Assembly: GCA_963843845.1 (NCBI GenBank) | Contig: CAWJMB010000002.1 | Location: 384,001 to 448,000 of the forward strand | Direction: 5' to 3' | DNA length: 64,000 nucleotides | Source: an uncultured Gemmatimonadaceae bacterium | Lineage (GTDB): Bacteria; Gemmatimonadota; Gemmatimonadetes; Gemmatimonadales; Gemmatimonadaceae | Shown here: piece by piece, positions 18,920-29,978 of the stretch | How the letters are laid out: each line of letters begins with the position of its first letter | Numbering within the stretch: the stretch's first letter is position 1 | Notes under the pieces: model-generated | The model's database searches: none | Told to the model about the DNA's origin: nothing | The model's input: the letters and a program-made list of their open reading frames with translations, nothing else | Position numbers and translations under genes: made by a program

Positions 18920-21900
18920 CTACCGAATCCGACCGGTGAGGCGCTCCGGCCGGACGAACACCTTCGGCAGTGAGAGCATCTGGAGCTTCTGCAGCATCTG
19001 TATCTGGAGCAGCGACTGCGGTGACCGCGCCGACCGCGCCGACGGCGCGACGATGGACGCGCCGACCGCCGTCGTGCGGACGGCCGTGCGCGTGGTGCCG
19101 CCGGCGACCGCGGCGCCCGGGAGGCTCGACGGGAAGTCGTAGCCGGTGGCGCTGAAGATCGTGCTGACGGCCGTGCCCGGCTGGAGCATCCACGTCGCGT
19201 TGAAGCCGGCCGCGCCCGTGAAGTCCGGGATGCTGACGTCCCACGCCGCCCCACCCGTGTAGCCGGACGTGACGAGGATCGACACGCTGCGCGTCGACGC
19301 GCCGCTGCTCGTCGCCTGCGACCAGTTCGCGTTGTAGAGGTTCGCGTATTCCGCCTGCACCGGCGCCTGGAGTCGGTAGCGGAGGTACGGCGCGCTGGCG
19401 ATCTGCGTGTTCGTCGGGATCGTCAGCACGGCCCCGAGGTTCAGCGTGATGTCGGACGGCGTGGTGAAGAACCGCCCGGCCGTGCGCATGGAGTAGTTCG
19501 CCGGGAGGCCGGTGCCGCTCGGCAGCTGGCTCCCCGAGACGACGAGCAGCTGCAGGTCCGAGCTGCGCAGACGCGCTGCCGGGATCGCGTAGAACGGCTG
19601 CGTCGCGCCACCCGTGACACCCACGCCGAGCGAGATCGGAATCCCCACGCTTCCCTGGGTCGAGTTGCCGACGAAGATCGTGCTCGCCGTCGACACGTCA
19701 CTGCCGATGTTGCCGATCGTCACGGTGCGGCGCTCCGGGTCGAACGCGTCGCTCCCGTTGAAGTCGAAGACCGGGATCGTCCCCGAGTAGTTCTGGTCGC
19801 GGCGGAGGATGACCTTCGCCGTCGTGAACGCGACGCTCGTTCCGGAGAACGCGCCGGTCAGGCGTGCGGCGACGTAGTCGCGCGCTCCGTCCGGCACGCT
19901 GTCGAGCGTGAACGTCGTCGCCGGCGGGCTCACGGTCGCGAGGCGGCCGGAGGTGCCGATGTAGACCTGGTCGGGGATGAAGCCCGTCGTGCCGGCGCCG
20001 GCGACCGAGCCGGTGAGGCGCTTGCTGCCGCCCGTCCCGGAGACGCACTGCGACGTTCCGTACGCTGTCAGCTCCGCCGTCGTGCCGTAGTACACGACCG
20101 TGTTGAAGCCGCCGGCGCCGTTCGGCGTGACGATGGCGACACCGCCGCGGCCGGACGCGACGTCGAACCGGTACAGGTTGCTCGTCCCCGTCACCTGCGT
20201 CCACGCGCCGGTGCCGTCCTGGACCGCGACCCAGATCGGGATGTTGTTGGCGTCGCAGAACTGGTAGGCGATCGCGCCGGTCGCTGCCGGCGTGACGGTG
20301 ACCGTCGACGTCGAGACCGTGCGGGTGATGCCGCCGGCGCTCGCCGTGATGACCGGGGTGAACGGCCCGGTCGGCGCCGCCGACGTCGACGTCAGCGTGA
20401 TCGTCGCGCGGTTCGACGTGATCGGCACGAGCAACGCCGCCGAGCGCGTCGACAGCGCGCGGTCCGCGCGGAGCGATGCGGTGCGAGACGCCCGCAGCGC
20501 CGTGGCGCGAAGGCCGAGCTGCACCGTGGTGGCCGGCGCGATCGTCGCCGTGACGCCGGCGGGGAGGCCGCTCACCGTGACGTCGACCGGATCGGCGAAG
20601 CCGCCGGTGCGGGCGATGTCGACGGTGATCGTCGTGGTGCCGCCACGCGGCAGGTTCACCGTCGCCGGCGAGACCGCGATCGTGAAGCTCCCAGTCGGGG
20701 CCGCGGTGATCGTGACGTTCAGCGTCGCGACCTGGTTCGTGATGCCGGCCGCGGTGCCGGTGATCGTCAGCGGATACGTTCCCGGCGCGAGCGTCGTCGC
20801 GGCGGCGAGAGTGATGCCGACGGTGTTGCCGGTCGTGCTGGCCGAAGCGAGGGTGGCGGTGAGGCCGGGCGGCGCGCCACCGATCGTGAGGCCGACCGCG
20901 TCGGCGAAGCCGCCGGTGCGGGTGAGGTTGACCGTCGCCGTGCCGGTCGCGCCCTGCACGAGCGAGACCGTCGTCGGGGCCACCGCGATCGTGAACGAGC
21001 CCGTCGCGGCCGCCGTGACGGTGACCGTCAGGGTGGCCGCCTGGTTCGTGAGCCCGGTCGCCGTTCCCGTGATGGTGATCGGGTAGGTGCCGGGCGCCAC
21101 CGTGGCGGCTGCGGCGATCGTGACGCCGACGCTGGTCCCCGTCGTGCTGGCCGACGCGAGCGTGACGGTGAGACCGGCCGGCGCCCCGGACGTCGTCAGC
21201 CCGACGCTGCCGGCGAAGCCGCCCGTGCGCGCGAGGTTGACCGTCGCCGTCGCGTTGCCGCCCTGCGGGATCGACAGCGTCGCCGGCGTGACGGTGACCG
21301 TATAGGTACCGGTCACCGTCGGGGCGGTGACGGTGAGCTGGAAGGTCGTCGTGCGGTCCGTGAGCCCCGCCGACGCGCCACGCACCGTCAGCGTGTAGGT
21401 CCCGGGAGCGACGGTCGAGGCGACCGCGATCGTGATCGCCGCTGTGTCGGCCGACGTCGGGTTCGGACCCACCGTCGCCGTCACGCCACTCGGCGCGCCT
21501 TCGACCGTGAGGTTGACGCCGGCCGTGAACGCGGTGCGCGTGACGTTGACGCGGGTGGTGCCGCTCGCGCCCGCGGCGATCGTCGCCGCGGTCGGGACGG
21601 CGATCGTGAACGCCGGCGTCGGGGCCGGGGCGGTCACGGTGAGCGTGAGCGTCGCCGTCTGCGTCGCGACGCCGGCGCCGCTGGCGGTCACGGTGAGCGG
21701 GTAGGTGCCCGGCGCGGTCGTCGCTGCCGTGGCGATCGTCAGCGCCGCGGAGGTCGTCGACGAGGTCAGGCTCGTCGGGGTGAACGTGGCGGTGACGCCG
21801 GTCGGCGCCCCCGTGACGGCCACGTTCACGGCGCCGGTGAACCCGCCGCCGCGCGTCAGGTTGAACGTCGTCGTGCTCGAGGTGCCGGCGACGAGGCTGA

Positions 21901-22018
21901 GCGTGGCGCCCGAGCCGGTGAACGTGATCGTCGGCGTCTGGCCCCCGCCGGTCGGGGGGTCGTCGTCGCCGCCGCACGCCGCGACGAACGCGACGGCGGT
22001 GGCGAGCAGGACTCGCAT
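18920..22018 (-). CDS. Large Thr/Ala/Gly-rich surface lipoprotein with about 5 tandem Ig-like repeats
   Basis: Lipobox VAACGG; ~100-aa repeats with RTGGF..V.L..GAP.G.T and APGTYP.T.TG. Confidence 0.88.
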   Translation of the reverse strand: MRVLLATAVAFVAACGGDDDPPTGGGQTPTITFTGSGATLSLVAGTSSTTTFNLTRGGGFTGAVNVAVTGAPTGVTATFTPTSLTSSTTSAALTIATAATTAPGTYPLTVTASGAGVATQTATLTLTVTAPAPTPAFTIAVPTAATIAAGASGTTRVNVTRTAFTAGVNLTVEGAPSGVTATVGPNPTSADTAAITIAVASTVAPGTYTLTVRGASAGLTDRTTTFQLTVTAPTVTGTYTVTVTPATLSIPQGGNATATVNLARTGGFAGSVGLTTSGAPAGLTVTLASASTTGTSVGVTIAAAATVAPGTYPITITGTATGLTNQAATLTVTVTAAATGSFTIAVAPTTVSLVQGATGTATVNLTRTGGFADAVGLTIGGAPPGLTATLASASTTGNTVGITLAAATTLAPGTYPLTITGTAAGITNQVATLNVTITAAPTGSFTIAVSPATVNLPRGGTTTITVDIARTGGFADPVDVTVSGLPAGVTATIAPATTVQLGLRATALRASRTASLRADRALSTRSAALLVPITSNRATITLTSTSAAPTGPFTPVITASAGGITRTVSTSTVTVTPAATGAIAYQFCDANNIPIWVAVQDGTGAWTQVTGTSNLYRFDVASGRGGVAIVTPNGAGGFNTVVYYGTTAELTAYGTSQCVSGTGGSKRLTGSVAGAGTTGFIPDQVYIGTSGRLATVSPPATTFTLDSVPDGARDYVAARLTGAFSGTSVAFTTAKVILRRDQNYSGTIPVFDFNGSDAFDPERRTVTIGNIGSDVSTASTIFVGNSTQGSVGIPISLGVGVTGGATQPFYAIPAARLRSSDLQLLVVSGSQLPSGTGLPANYSMRTAGRFFTTPSDITLNLGAVLTIPTNTQIASAPYLRYRLQAPVQAEYANLYNANWSQATSSGASTRSVSILVTSGYTGGAAWDVSIPDFTGAAGFNATWMLQPGTAVSTIFSATGYDFPSSLPGAAVAGGTTRTAVRTTAVGASIVAPSARSARSPQSLLQIQMLQKLQMLSLPKVFVRPERLTGRIR

Positions 22019-22204
22019 GGAGAGTGAGACAACGCGCTGCAACGGAACCTCCGGGTAGATACACGAGCCTCGCCACCCGGTCCGGGCGCCTCCCGGCGGG
22101 GGCGAAGCGGGTGCATGCTAGGAGGAGGGCGTCACGTGAGTGTCTCCTGAGTGTCTCCTGGGGGAAAATCCTCGTGCTCGGTGACGGCGGGGAGGGAACA
22201 CGCC

Positions 22205-25200
22205 CTACCGACGCCGCGGCGCCCGCCATACCGGCGCGACGACTTCCCGGAACGCGGCCTCTCCCTGGCGGACGATCCGGTCCCCGACCGCGCGTGCCCG
22301 GGCCGCCCCGCTCGCGTCGCCGAGCGCCGACCGCAGCTCGGCGCGACAGCGCTCGACGGTCGGGATGGTCGACTCGCCGAGTCCGATGTCGAGATCGGCG
22401 GCGTCGCACCAGCGGAGCGCCTGGTCGGGTCGCCCCCGGTCGCGGTCGATCGCCGCGTGCAGCAGGAGCCGAGTCGGGAGCGGATACGCGAACAGACTCG
22501 CGAATCGGGGGGTCCGCCGCCACGCGTCGTCCGCCGCCCGGGCCGCGCCGTCGCGGTCACCGGTCGCGCGCGCGATCCAGGCACGCAGCTCGAGGGCGAG
22601 CGCCGCGCCCTGTGCGACGTGCGCGGAGTCGAGCGCGCGTGCGCCGACCGTGAGGAGCGCGAGCTCCTCGCGCGCCCGGTCGAGTCGGCCGGCATTCACG
22701 GCGAGCACCCCACGGAGGAACGGCCGGAGCGCGGGTCGGAGCGCTGCCTGCTCACGCAGCGCCATCTGCTGCTCAGTGCCGCCACGCGGTAAAGACCGTG
22801 TCGTGTCGCTGGCGCGAATCGGCGACTCGGGGAGGAAGGCTGACGGCGTGGCGAGCGCACCGGCGGGAGCGATGAACGCAGCGAGCGACGCCTGCGTCTC
22901 GTCTGCGGTGAGCGGATCGAGACGAGCGGCCGACGTCAGCGCATCAGCAGTGGCGCGCCACTGGCCGGCGCCTGCGAGAAGCTGAGCCTGTGCCAGCCGG
23001 CTCATCAGCCGGACTTCGGCCGGTCGGTCCGGGACGTCGAGCGCGCGGGCGAGGCGGAGCGCCGTCGGCAGATCGCGCGCGATCAGCGCGACGCGCCAGG
23101 CGACGACGAGCACGCGGTTCTGTCCACCGACGTCGGTCGCCGGGACGCGCATTGACTCGGCGACGAGGCGGTCGATGGCGCCACGGTCGCCGTGCAGTGT
23201 CGCGGCGAGGACGGCGAACTCGAACAGACTCTCGTGCGCCGGCGCACGGCGCGTGAGCCAGGTGCTCAGGGAGTCGAACAGCGCGACGCGCCCGCCGAGC
23301 GCGGCGAGGCGGGCCAGGTGCAGCCGCGCGCTGACGTTCGTCGAGTCGATCGCGAGCACGCGCTCGAACAGCGGCGCGGCGGAGCGCATCGGCTCGACGA
23401 CCTCGTGCCCGGAGTGATTGCGCAGCTCCCCCCACTGGTGCCAGACCTCGAAATCGTCGGGGTAGCGCGTCGCCGCGACGCGGAACTCGCTGTCGGCGGC
23501 CGCGGTCATGGCGCGTTGCTGATGCAGGTATGCTTGCAGCAACAGCCGGTCGCGCGCCGGAAGCCGAGTCGAGAAGCGAGCCGCGTTCGCCGCGGCCTGC
23601 GCGGCTGTCATGTCCGTCTGGACGTTGCCGCCCCAGTCGAGCGTACGGCTCAAGCGGAACCAGGCGAGCGCGAACGTCGAGTCGAACGTCGTCGCCTCCG
23701 CGTATGCCCGCGCCGCGTCGGCGAATCGTCCGGTCGCGAACAGGCGTTCGCCGGCGAGGTAGCGGCGTAGTGCCGGAAGTGACGGTGTCGTCACCGTCGC
23801 GACAGCGCCTAACGACTGGGGCGACGTCGTCGCAACCGTGGAGACGACGTGCCGGCTCAGGCTGTCGACCGCGGCGAACAGGTCGCGCTCCTCGACCGGC
23901 GGCGACGTGACGCGCGCGACGACGCGCCCTTCCGTATCGTAGATCGTCGCGATGAGCGCCAGCCGTCGCCCCTCCGTCGCGACAGCGGCGCCGAGTACGA
24001 AGTGGGGCGCGTCGGCTCGGCGAGCGATGGCGAGCGCCTCGGCGACGGATTCGGGGTGGGGGTCGCCGCCGGCGGCGGGGGCGAGCTGGCGTGGGTCGAC
24101 GACGCGGATACCGGCGGTGCCGTCAAGCTGCGCCGCCATCAACTCGACGACGCCGTCGGACAGATACGCCATCGACGCGCCACCGCCGCGGACGTCGAAC
24201 GGAAAGAGCGCGAGTCGCGCCTCGCCCGCGATCGTCCCGGCGACCCCGTTCACCGTCGCCAGCGCGCTGGCGCGTGTGTCGGTCTGCCGCGTCGGCTGCC
24301 TCGCCAGTCCGCCGAGGATGACGGCGACGGCGGCGACGACGGCGACGCCGGCCGTCAGTGTCCACGCGTCGGCGCGCCGTCGGCGCACGCGCGGAGGGAA
24401 GGCACCCCGCGCTCGCTGCTCCGTCGCTGGCTGGACCGTCGCCGTCGGCGGACTCGGCGCCGTCGACTCGGTCGCGACCGGTCCTCCGCGTTCCGCGGGC
24501 TCGGACGCTGACGCCAGCGACTGGGCCACTGATGGGTCAGTCGCCGCACCGCCATCGAACGCTGGCGCGACACGCGACGGCCGATCGGTCGGGGCCGGTC
24601 GCTGCCGCGCGCGCCGCACGATCGCCGCCGTCGCCTCGGACGGCTCCGCGTCGAACTCGGAGCGAAGCCACGTGGCGTATCGCTCGTACTCGCGAAGTGC
24701 GGCGGCGGGATCGCCGGCCGCGACGAGCGCGTCGAGCAACACGCGCAGCGCTCCCTCGTCGGCAGCGTCGTGCGCGACGGCCCATCGTGCCCACCGCACC
24801 GCCTCGTCGAACTCAGCGGCCGCGACCGCGGCGCGCGCGAGCCCCGTCGCCGCACCGACGACACGCTGACGCAATCGGAGCCGCTCACCATCGACCCACT
24901 GCTCCCACTCCGCCACGTCGTCGACGTGAAAGCCGGCGAGCAGGTCGCCGAGGTAGCGCGGCAGACCGTCGGCGGGACGGCCGGCGTCGAGCGTGTCGAC
25001 GAGCGTCCACAGATCGCAGTCGACGCGCGACGGGTCGAGCCCGACGACTTCGTCGCCCTGCGTGACGAGTGTCTCCGCCCCCAACGCTGCCCGGAGGTGC
25101 GAGAGGCCGCGGCGCAGTGCGGCGCGCGCGCGGTCGGTCGGCATCTCCGGCCACAGGCGCGCGACGAGCTGGTCGCGCCGCAACAGCGTGCCCCGTCCGC

Positions 25201-25354
25201 CGAGGGCGAGCGTGGCGAGGAGCGCGGCGCGTTTCGGCTGCGCGGCGAGCGTCGGGTGCGGGCGCCCATCCACGCCGACGACCCCCAGCCCGCCGAGGAG
25301 CTGAAGGAGAATGCGACGATCCGGCGAAGCCGCGTCCGGCCGAGGGGTGGGCAT
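22205..25354 (-). CDS. SARP/BTAD-domain membrane-spanning regulator with TPR repeats
   Basis: LQLLGG, KRAALLATLAL, RDQLVARLWPE, YLGDLLAGF, WEQWVDGER, EPSEAT; TM segment; TPR-like DSTFALAWFRLS. Confidence 0.85.
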   Translation of the reverse strand: MPTPRPDAASPDRRILLQLLGGLGVVGVDGRPHPTLAAQPKRAALLATLALGGRGTLLRRDQLVARLWPEMPTDRARAALRRGLSHLRAALGAETLVTQGDEVVGLDPSRVDCDLWTLVDTLDAGRPADGLPRYLGDLLAGFHVDDVAEWEQWVDGERLRLRQRVVGAATGLARAAVAAAEFDEAVRWARWAVAHDAADEGALRVLLDALVAAGDPAAALREYERYATWLRSEFDAEPSEATAAIVRRARQRPAPTDRPSRVAPAFDGGAATDPSVAQSLASASEPAERGGPVATESTAPSPPTATVQPATEQRARGAFPPRVRRRRADAWTLTAGVAVVAAVAVILGGLARQPTRQTDTRASALATVNGVAGTIAGEARLALFPFDVRGGGASMAYLSDGVVELMAAQLDGTAGIRVVDPRQLAPAAGGDPHPESVAEALAIARRADAPHFVLGAAVATEGRRLALIATIYDTEGRVVARVTSPPVEERDLFAAVDSLSRHVVSTVATTSPQSLGAVATVTTPSLPALRRYLAGERLFATGRFADAARAYAEATTFDSTFALAWFRLSRTLDWGGNVQTDMTAAQAAANAARFSTRLPARDRLLLQAYLHQQRAMTAAADSEFRVAATRYPDDFEVWHQWGELRNHSGHEVVEPMRSAAPLFERVLAIDSTNVSARLHLARLAALGGRVALFDSLSTWLTRRAPAHESLFEFAVLAATLHGDRGAIDRLVAESMRVPATDVGGQNRVLVVAWRVALIARDLPTALRLARALDVPDRPAEVRLMSRLAQAQLLAGAGQWRATADALTSAARLDPLTADETQASLAAFIAPAGALATPSAFLPESPIRASDTTRSLPRGGTEQQMALREQAALRPALRPFLRGVLAVNAGRLDRAREELALLTVGARALDSAHVAQGAALALELRAWIARATGDRDGAARAADDAWRRTPRFASLFAYPLPTRLLLHAAIDRDRGRPDQALRWCDAADLDIGLGESTIPTVERCRAELRSALGDASGAARARAVGDRIVRQGEAAFREVVAPVWRAPRRR

Positions 25355-25556
25355 CGTCCGAACATAGCGCGCCGTGACGCGGGGGATAAAACAGACGTGT
25401 CGGACGGATGCGAGACCGCACGACGGCTGTCGCAACCGTGAGCCAGCCCGCGTTGTCGAAGGGGGACGCGCGCACCGGCGTCGGTGAAACAGCCGAAACA
25501 CGGCGGGCGCCGCCGCCGTAGCGACGACACCACGCCCCCGGTCCCGCGAGCTCCTC

Positions 25557-28114
25557 ATGGCTTCATCGCTGGTCAGCCTCAAGCACGCCGTCCGCACGCT
25601 CCGCAAGACGCCGTTCGTCACGGCCGTCGCCATCCTCTCGCTCGCGCTCGGCATCGGCGCGAACGCGGCGATCTTCTCGCTGTTCGACCAGATGCTGCTG
25701 CGCCCGCTCCCCGTGCGCGCGCCCGAGCGGCTCGTGAACCTCGGTGCGCCGGGGCCGAAGCCGGGGTCGACGTCGTGCAGCCAGGCCGGGAGCTGCGAGG
25801 AGGTGTTCAGCTACCCGATGTTCCGCGACCTCGAGCGGCAGCAGACGGTGTTCACCGGGCTCGCGGCGCACCGCAACTTCGGCGTGAACCTCGCCTACAA
25901 GGGGCAGACGCGGGACGGCGAGCGGCGCGCTCGTCTCGGGCTCGTACTTCCCGATGCTCGGCCTCACGCCGGCGCTCGGCCGGCTGCTCACGCCGGCCGA
26001 CGACCGGACGATCGGCGCGCACTTCGTCGCCGTGCTGAGCTACGACTACTGGAACACGCGCCTCGGGCACGACCCGGCGGTGCTGAATCAGACGCTGATC
26101 GTCAACGGCCAGTCGATGACGATCGTCGGCGTCGCGCCGCGCGGGCTTCGACGGGCACGACGCTGGGCGACGCAGCCGGAGGTGTTCGTGCCGATCACGA
26201 TGCGCGGCGCTCATGTCGCCGGGGTGGAAGGGGTTCGACAACCGGCAGCAGGTACTGGGTCTACCTGTTCGGGCGGCTCAAGCCCGGCGTGTCGCTCGAG
26301 CAGGCGAAGCGCGGCATCGAACGCGGTCTACCGTCCGATCATCACCGACGTCGAGGCGCCGCTGCAGAAGGGGATGAGCGCGGCGACGATGGCGCGCTTC
26401 CGCGCGCCGCGAGATCACCGCCGAGGCCGGGCAGCGCGGGCAGAGCTCGATGCACCGCGAGGCGAAGACGCCGCTCGTGCTGCTCTTCGCGATCACCGGC
26501 GATCGTGCTGCTCATCGCCTGCGCGAACATCGCGAACCTGCTGCTCGCGCGCGGCGCGAGCCGCGCGGGCGAGATGGCGGTGCGGCTGTCGCTCGGCGCC
26601 GGGCGCGGCGCAGCTCGTGCGCGCAGCTGCTCACCGAGTCGGTGCTGCTCGCGCGCGCTCGGCGGCGCGGTCGAGCCTCGTCGTCGCGCACTGGACGCTG
26701 AAGGGGATCGCGTCGCATGCTGCCGCCCGAAGCAGCGAGGTCGGTGCACGCGTCACGCTCGAACCTGACGGTGATCGGCTTCGCCGCCGCAGTGTCGCAT
26801 CGTCACCGGCGTGCTGTTCGGGCTGTTCCCGGCGCTGCACAGCACGCGGCCGGAGCTCATCGGCACGATCCGGTCGAGCGCGGGGCAGCTCGCCGGCGCG
26901 CGCAGTCGGCGACGCGCTTCCGCACGTCGCTCGTCACGGCGCAGATCGCGCTGTCGATGGCGCTGCTCGTCTGCGCCGGGCTGTTCATGCGGAGCCTCGT
27001 GAACGTGTCGCCGCGTCGAGCTCGGCATCCGACGTCGAGCAGCGTCGTGACGTTCGCGATCTCGCCGGAGCTGAACGGCTACACGAACCGCGCGGTCCGC
27101 CGCGCTGTTCGACGCGGGTCGAGGAGGAGCTGCGCGCGCGATGCCCGGCGTGCACGGCGGTGACGGGCGCGCTCGTGCCCGCTGCTCGCCGGCAGCAACT
27201 GGGGCAACGACGTGTCGGTCGAGGGCTTCAAGCGCGGACCCGGACACCGACGCGAGCGCGCGCTTCAACGAGGTCGGGCCGGGCTACTTCAGGACGTTCG
27301 GCGTGCCGCTGCTCGCCGGGCGCGAGTTCACCGCGCGCCGACGTCGTCGGCGCGCCGAAGGTCGCGATCGTGAACGAGGCGTTCGCGAAGAAGTTCGGGC
27401 TCGGCCGCGACGCGGTCGGGCAAGCACATGGGCGACGGGCGAGCGCGAGCAGCAGAACAAGCTCGACATCGAGATCGTCGGCGTCGTGCAGAACGCGAAG
27501 TACAGCGAGGTGAAGGACGACGTGCCCGCCGGTGTTCTTCCGCCCGTACATGCAGGACAGCACCGTCGGCGCGATGTACTTCTACGTGCGCACGTCGCTG
27601 CGCGCCGGAGCAGCTGCTCCGGCGATCCGTGCGCTCGGTGCTGCGCCGCATCGACCCGAACCTGCCGGTCGAGGAGCTCAAGACGATGCCGCAGCAGGTG
27701 AAGGAGAACATCTTCCTCGACCGGATGATCAGCATCCTCGTCGGCGTCGTTCGCCGTCGTCGCGACGCTGCTCGCCGCGGTCGGGCTCTACGGCGTGCTC
27801 GCGTACACGGTCGCGCAGCGGACGCGCGAGATCGGCGTGCGCATGGCGCTGGGCGCCGACGGCGGCAGCGTGCGCGGCATGGTGCTGCGGCAGGTCGCGC
27901 TGGATGACGGTCGTCGGCGGCGTGGTCGGGGTGCTCGCGGCGATCGGGCTCGGCGTCGCGGCGAAGTCGCTGCTGTTCGGGCTGGAGGGGTAGGACCCGA
28001 TCGCGATCGGGGCGGCGGTGGTCGTGCTCGGCGCTGGTCGCGCGCGGGGCAGGCTACGTCCCGGCGCTGCGGGCGTCGCGGGTGGAGCCGATCCGGGCGT
28101 TGCGCTACGAATGA
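25557..28114 (+). CDS. Duplicated MacB/FtsX-type ABC permease (ADOP-like); many frameshifts
   Basis: [66 protein letters not shown], ends ALRYE. Confidence 0.88.
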
Positions 28115-28290
28115 CGTGCCGGACGGCCGAACCGACGACCGAACGGCGAGACGTCCTGCGTATCGCCGTGAGTCCCGCGGTTCGGCCGTCGGCGGCCGTC
28201 GGCTCGGCCGTCGGCTCGGCTACCGTTTCGAGACGGGCCGCCCGTCTCCAGATTGTGAGACGCTCTTCCCGCCCCTCGCCCCGTCTCCGA

Positions 28291-29652
28291 ATGCGCCGCC
28301 TCCACGCCGTCGCCGCTCTGTCGCTCGCCGCGACCGCTCCGCTCGCCGCCCAACCGCTCGCAGACGCCGCGCTCGAGGCGAAGGCGAAGGGCATTCACGA
28401 GCGCGTGCTGACGCTCGACACACACGTCGACATCGCTCCCGCGAACTTCCAGGCGGGCCAGCCGAACTACGCCGACCGCTTGCCGCGCACGCAGGTCGAC
28501 ATCGCGAAGATGGAGGCGGGCGGGCTCGACGCGGCGTTCCTCGTCGTCTACGTCGGGCAGGGCGCGCTCACCGACAGCGCCTACGCGCGGGCGTACGCGC
28601 AGGCGATGGAGAAGTTCGCCGCGGTGCACCGCCTCACCGACTCGATCGCGCCGCGCAGGGCCGGCTTCGCGCGTACCTCGGCGGACGCGCGTCGCATCGC
28701 CGCGAGCGGGCGCAAGGTGTTCTTCATCGGCGTCGAGAACGGCTACCCGATCGGCACCGACGTCACGCGCGTGAAGCAGTTCGCCGACCTGGGCGCGCGG
28801 TATCTCTCGCTCGCGCACAACGGACACAGCCAGCTCTCCGACTCGAACACCGGCGAGCGCGACGGCGTCTGGCTGTACGGCAACGGACTCAGCCCGTTAG
28901 GCAAGCAGGTGGTGGCCGAGGCCAATCGGTGGGGGATCATGCTCGACGTGTCGCACCCGTCGAAGGGATCGATGATGCAGACGCTCGCCCTGACGAAGGC
29001 GCCGATCATCGCGTCGCACTCCGGCGTGCGGGCGATCTGCAATCACAGCCGCAACCTCGACGACGCGCAGCTGAAGGCGCTGGCGACGAAGGGCGGCGTC
29101 GCGCAGCTCGTGGCGTTCAACGCCTACGTGAAGTGCGACCCGAAGAAGGACGCCGAGCGCGACTCGCTGCGCGCGGCGGCGACGGCGGCGCTCCGGAGCG
29201 AGTTCGGGCTCGCCGCGATGCCACGCGGCGCGGGTGGGCCGGGCGGCGGTGGTGGGGGCGCGGGCGGCCCCGGCGGACTCGCGGCGCGCGCGCGGGCGCA
29301 GGTCGATTCGCTTCCCGAGGCGCGGCGCTCGGCGTACCTCGCGAAGGAAGCGGAGATCGCGGCGCGCTACCCGGCGCCGGTCGCGACGGTCAGGGACTTC
29401 GTCGACCACATCGACTACGCGGTGAAGCTGATCGGCGTCGACCACGTCGGCATCTCGTCGGACTTCGACGGCGGCGGCGGCGTGGACGGGTGGCGGAGCG
29501 CGGAGGAGACGCTGAACGTCACGCGTGAGCTCGTGCGGCGGGGCTACACCGAGCAGCAGATCGCGAAGATCTGGAGCGGCAACCTGCTGCGCGTGCTCGA
29601 CCAGGTGCAGGCCGTCGCGAAGCGGCTGCAGGCGGAGGCGCCGAAGAGCTGA
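28291..29652 (+). CDS. Membrane dipeptidase (M19), secreted
   Basis: [52 protein letters not shown]. Confidence 0.93.
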   Translation: MRRLHAVAALSLAATAPLAAQPLADAALEAKAKGIHERVLTLDTHVDIAPANFQAGQPNYADRLPRTQVDIAKMEAGGLDAAFLVVYVGQGALTDSAYARAYAQAMEKFAAVHRLTDSIAPRRAGFARTSADARRIAASGRKVFFIGVENGYPIGTDVTRVKQFADLGARYLSLAHNGHSQLSDSNTGERDGVWLYGNGLSPLGKQVVAEANRWGIMLDVSHPSKGSMMQTLALTKAPIIASHSGVRAICNHSRNLDDAQLKALATKGGVAQLVAFNAYVKCDPKKDAERDSLRAAATAALRSEFGLAAMPRGAGGPGGGGGGAGGPGGLAARARAQVDSLPEARRSAYLAKEAEIAARYPAPVATVRDFVDHIDYAVKLIGVDHVGISSDFDGGGGVDGWRSAEETLNVTRELVRRGYTEQQIAKIWSGNLLRVLDQVQAVAKRLQAEAPKS

Positions 29653-29679
29653 GCGGCGTTGTTTGACAACGGCCTGACG

Positions 29680-29867
29680 GCGGTGGAACGGCGGTGGAAC
29701 GGCGGTGCGGTGGAACGGCGGTGGAACGGCGGTGGAACGGCGGTGGAACGGCGGTGGAACGGCGGTGGAACGGCGGTGGAACGGCGGTGATGCGGTGGTC
29801 TCACTACGGACGAGCGACGGGCCCGTCCGCCGTTCCTCGTCCGTAGTGAGACCACCGCATCACCGCC
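29680..29867. repeat. 11-bp minisatellite (GCGGTGGAACG x9) followed by a perfect 32-bp-arm hairpin
   Basis: Units 29680-29783; arms 29783-29814 and 29836-29867. Confidence 0.93.
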
Positions 29868-29978
29868 CTCCCACCGCCCGCACCGAGCGACAGCGCCGAG
29901 CGACAGCGCCGAGCACTCCCCGCGCGCCCCGCGTAGCTTGCAGCGAGCCCACCGCCGTTCCCTACGCCACCGCTCCTC

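Noticed and set aside
29680..29783. Tandem arrays as a possible CRISPR
   Set aside because: 11-bp head-to-tail units, no unique spacers, no cas genes.
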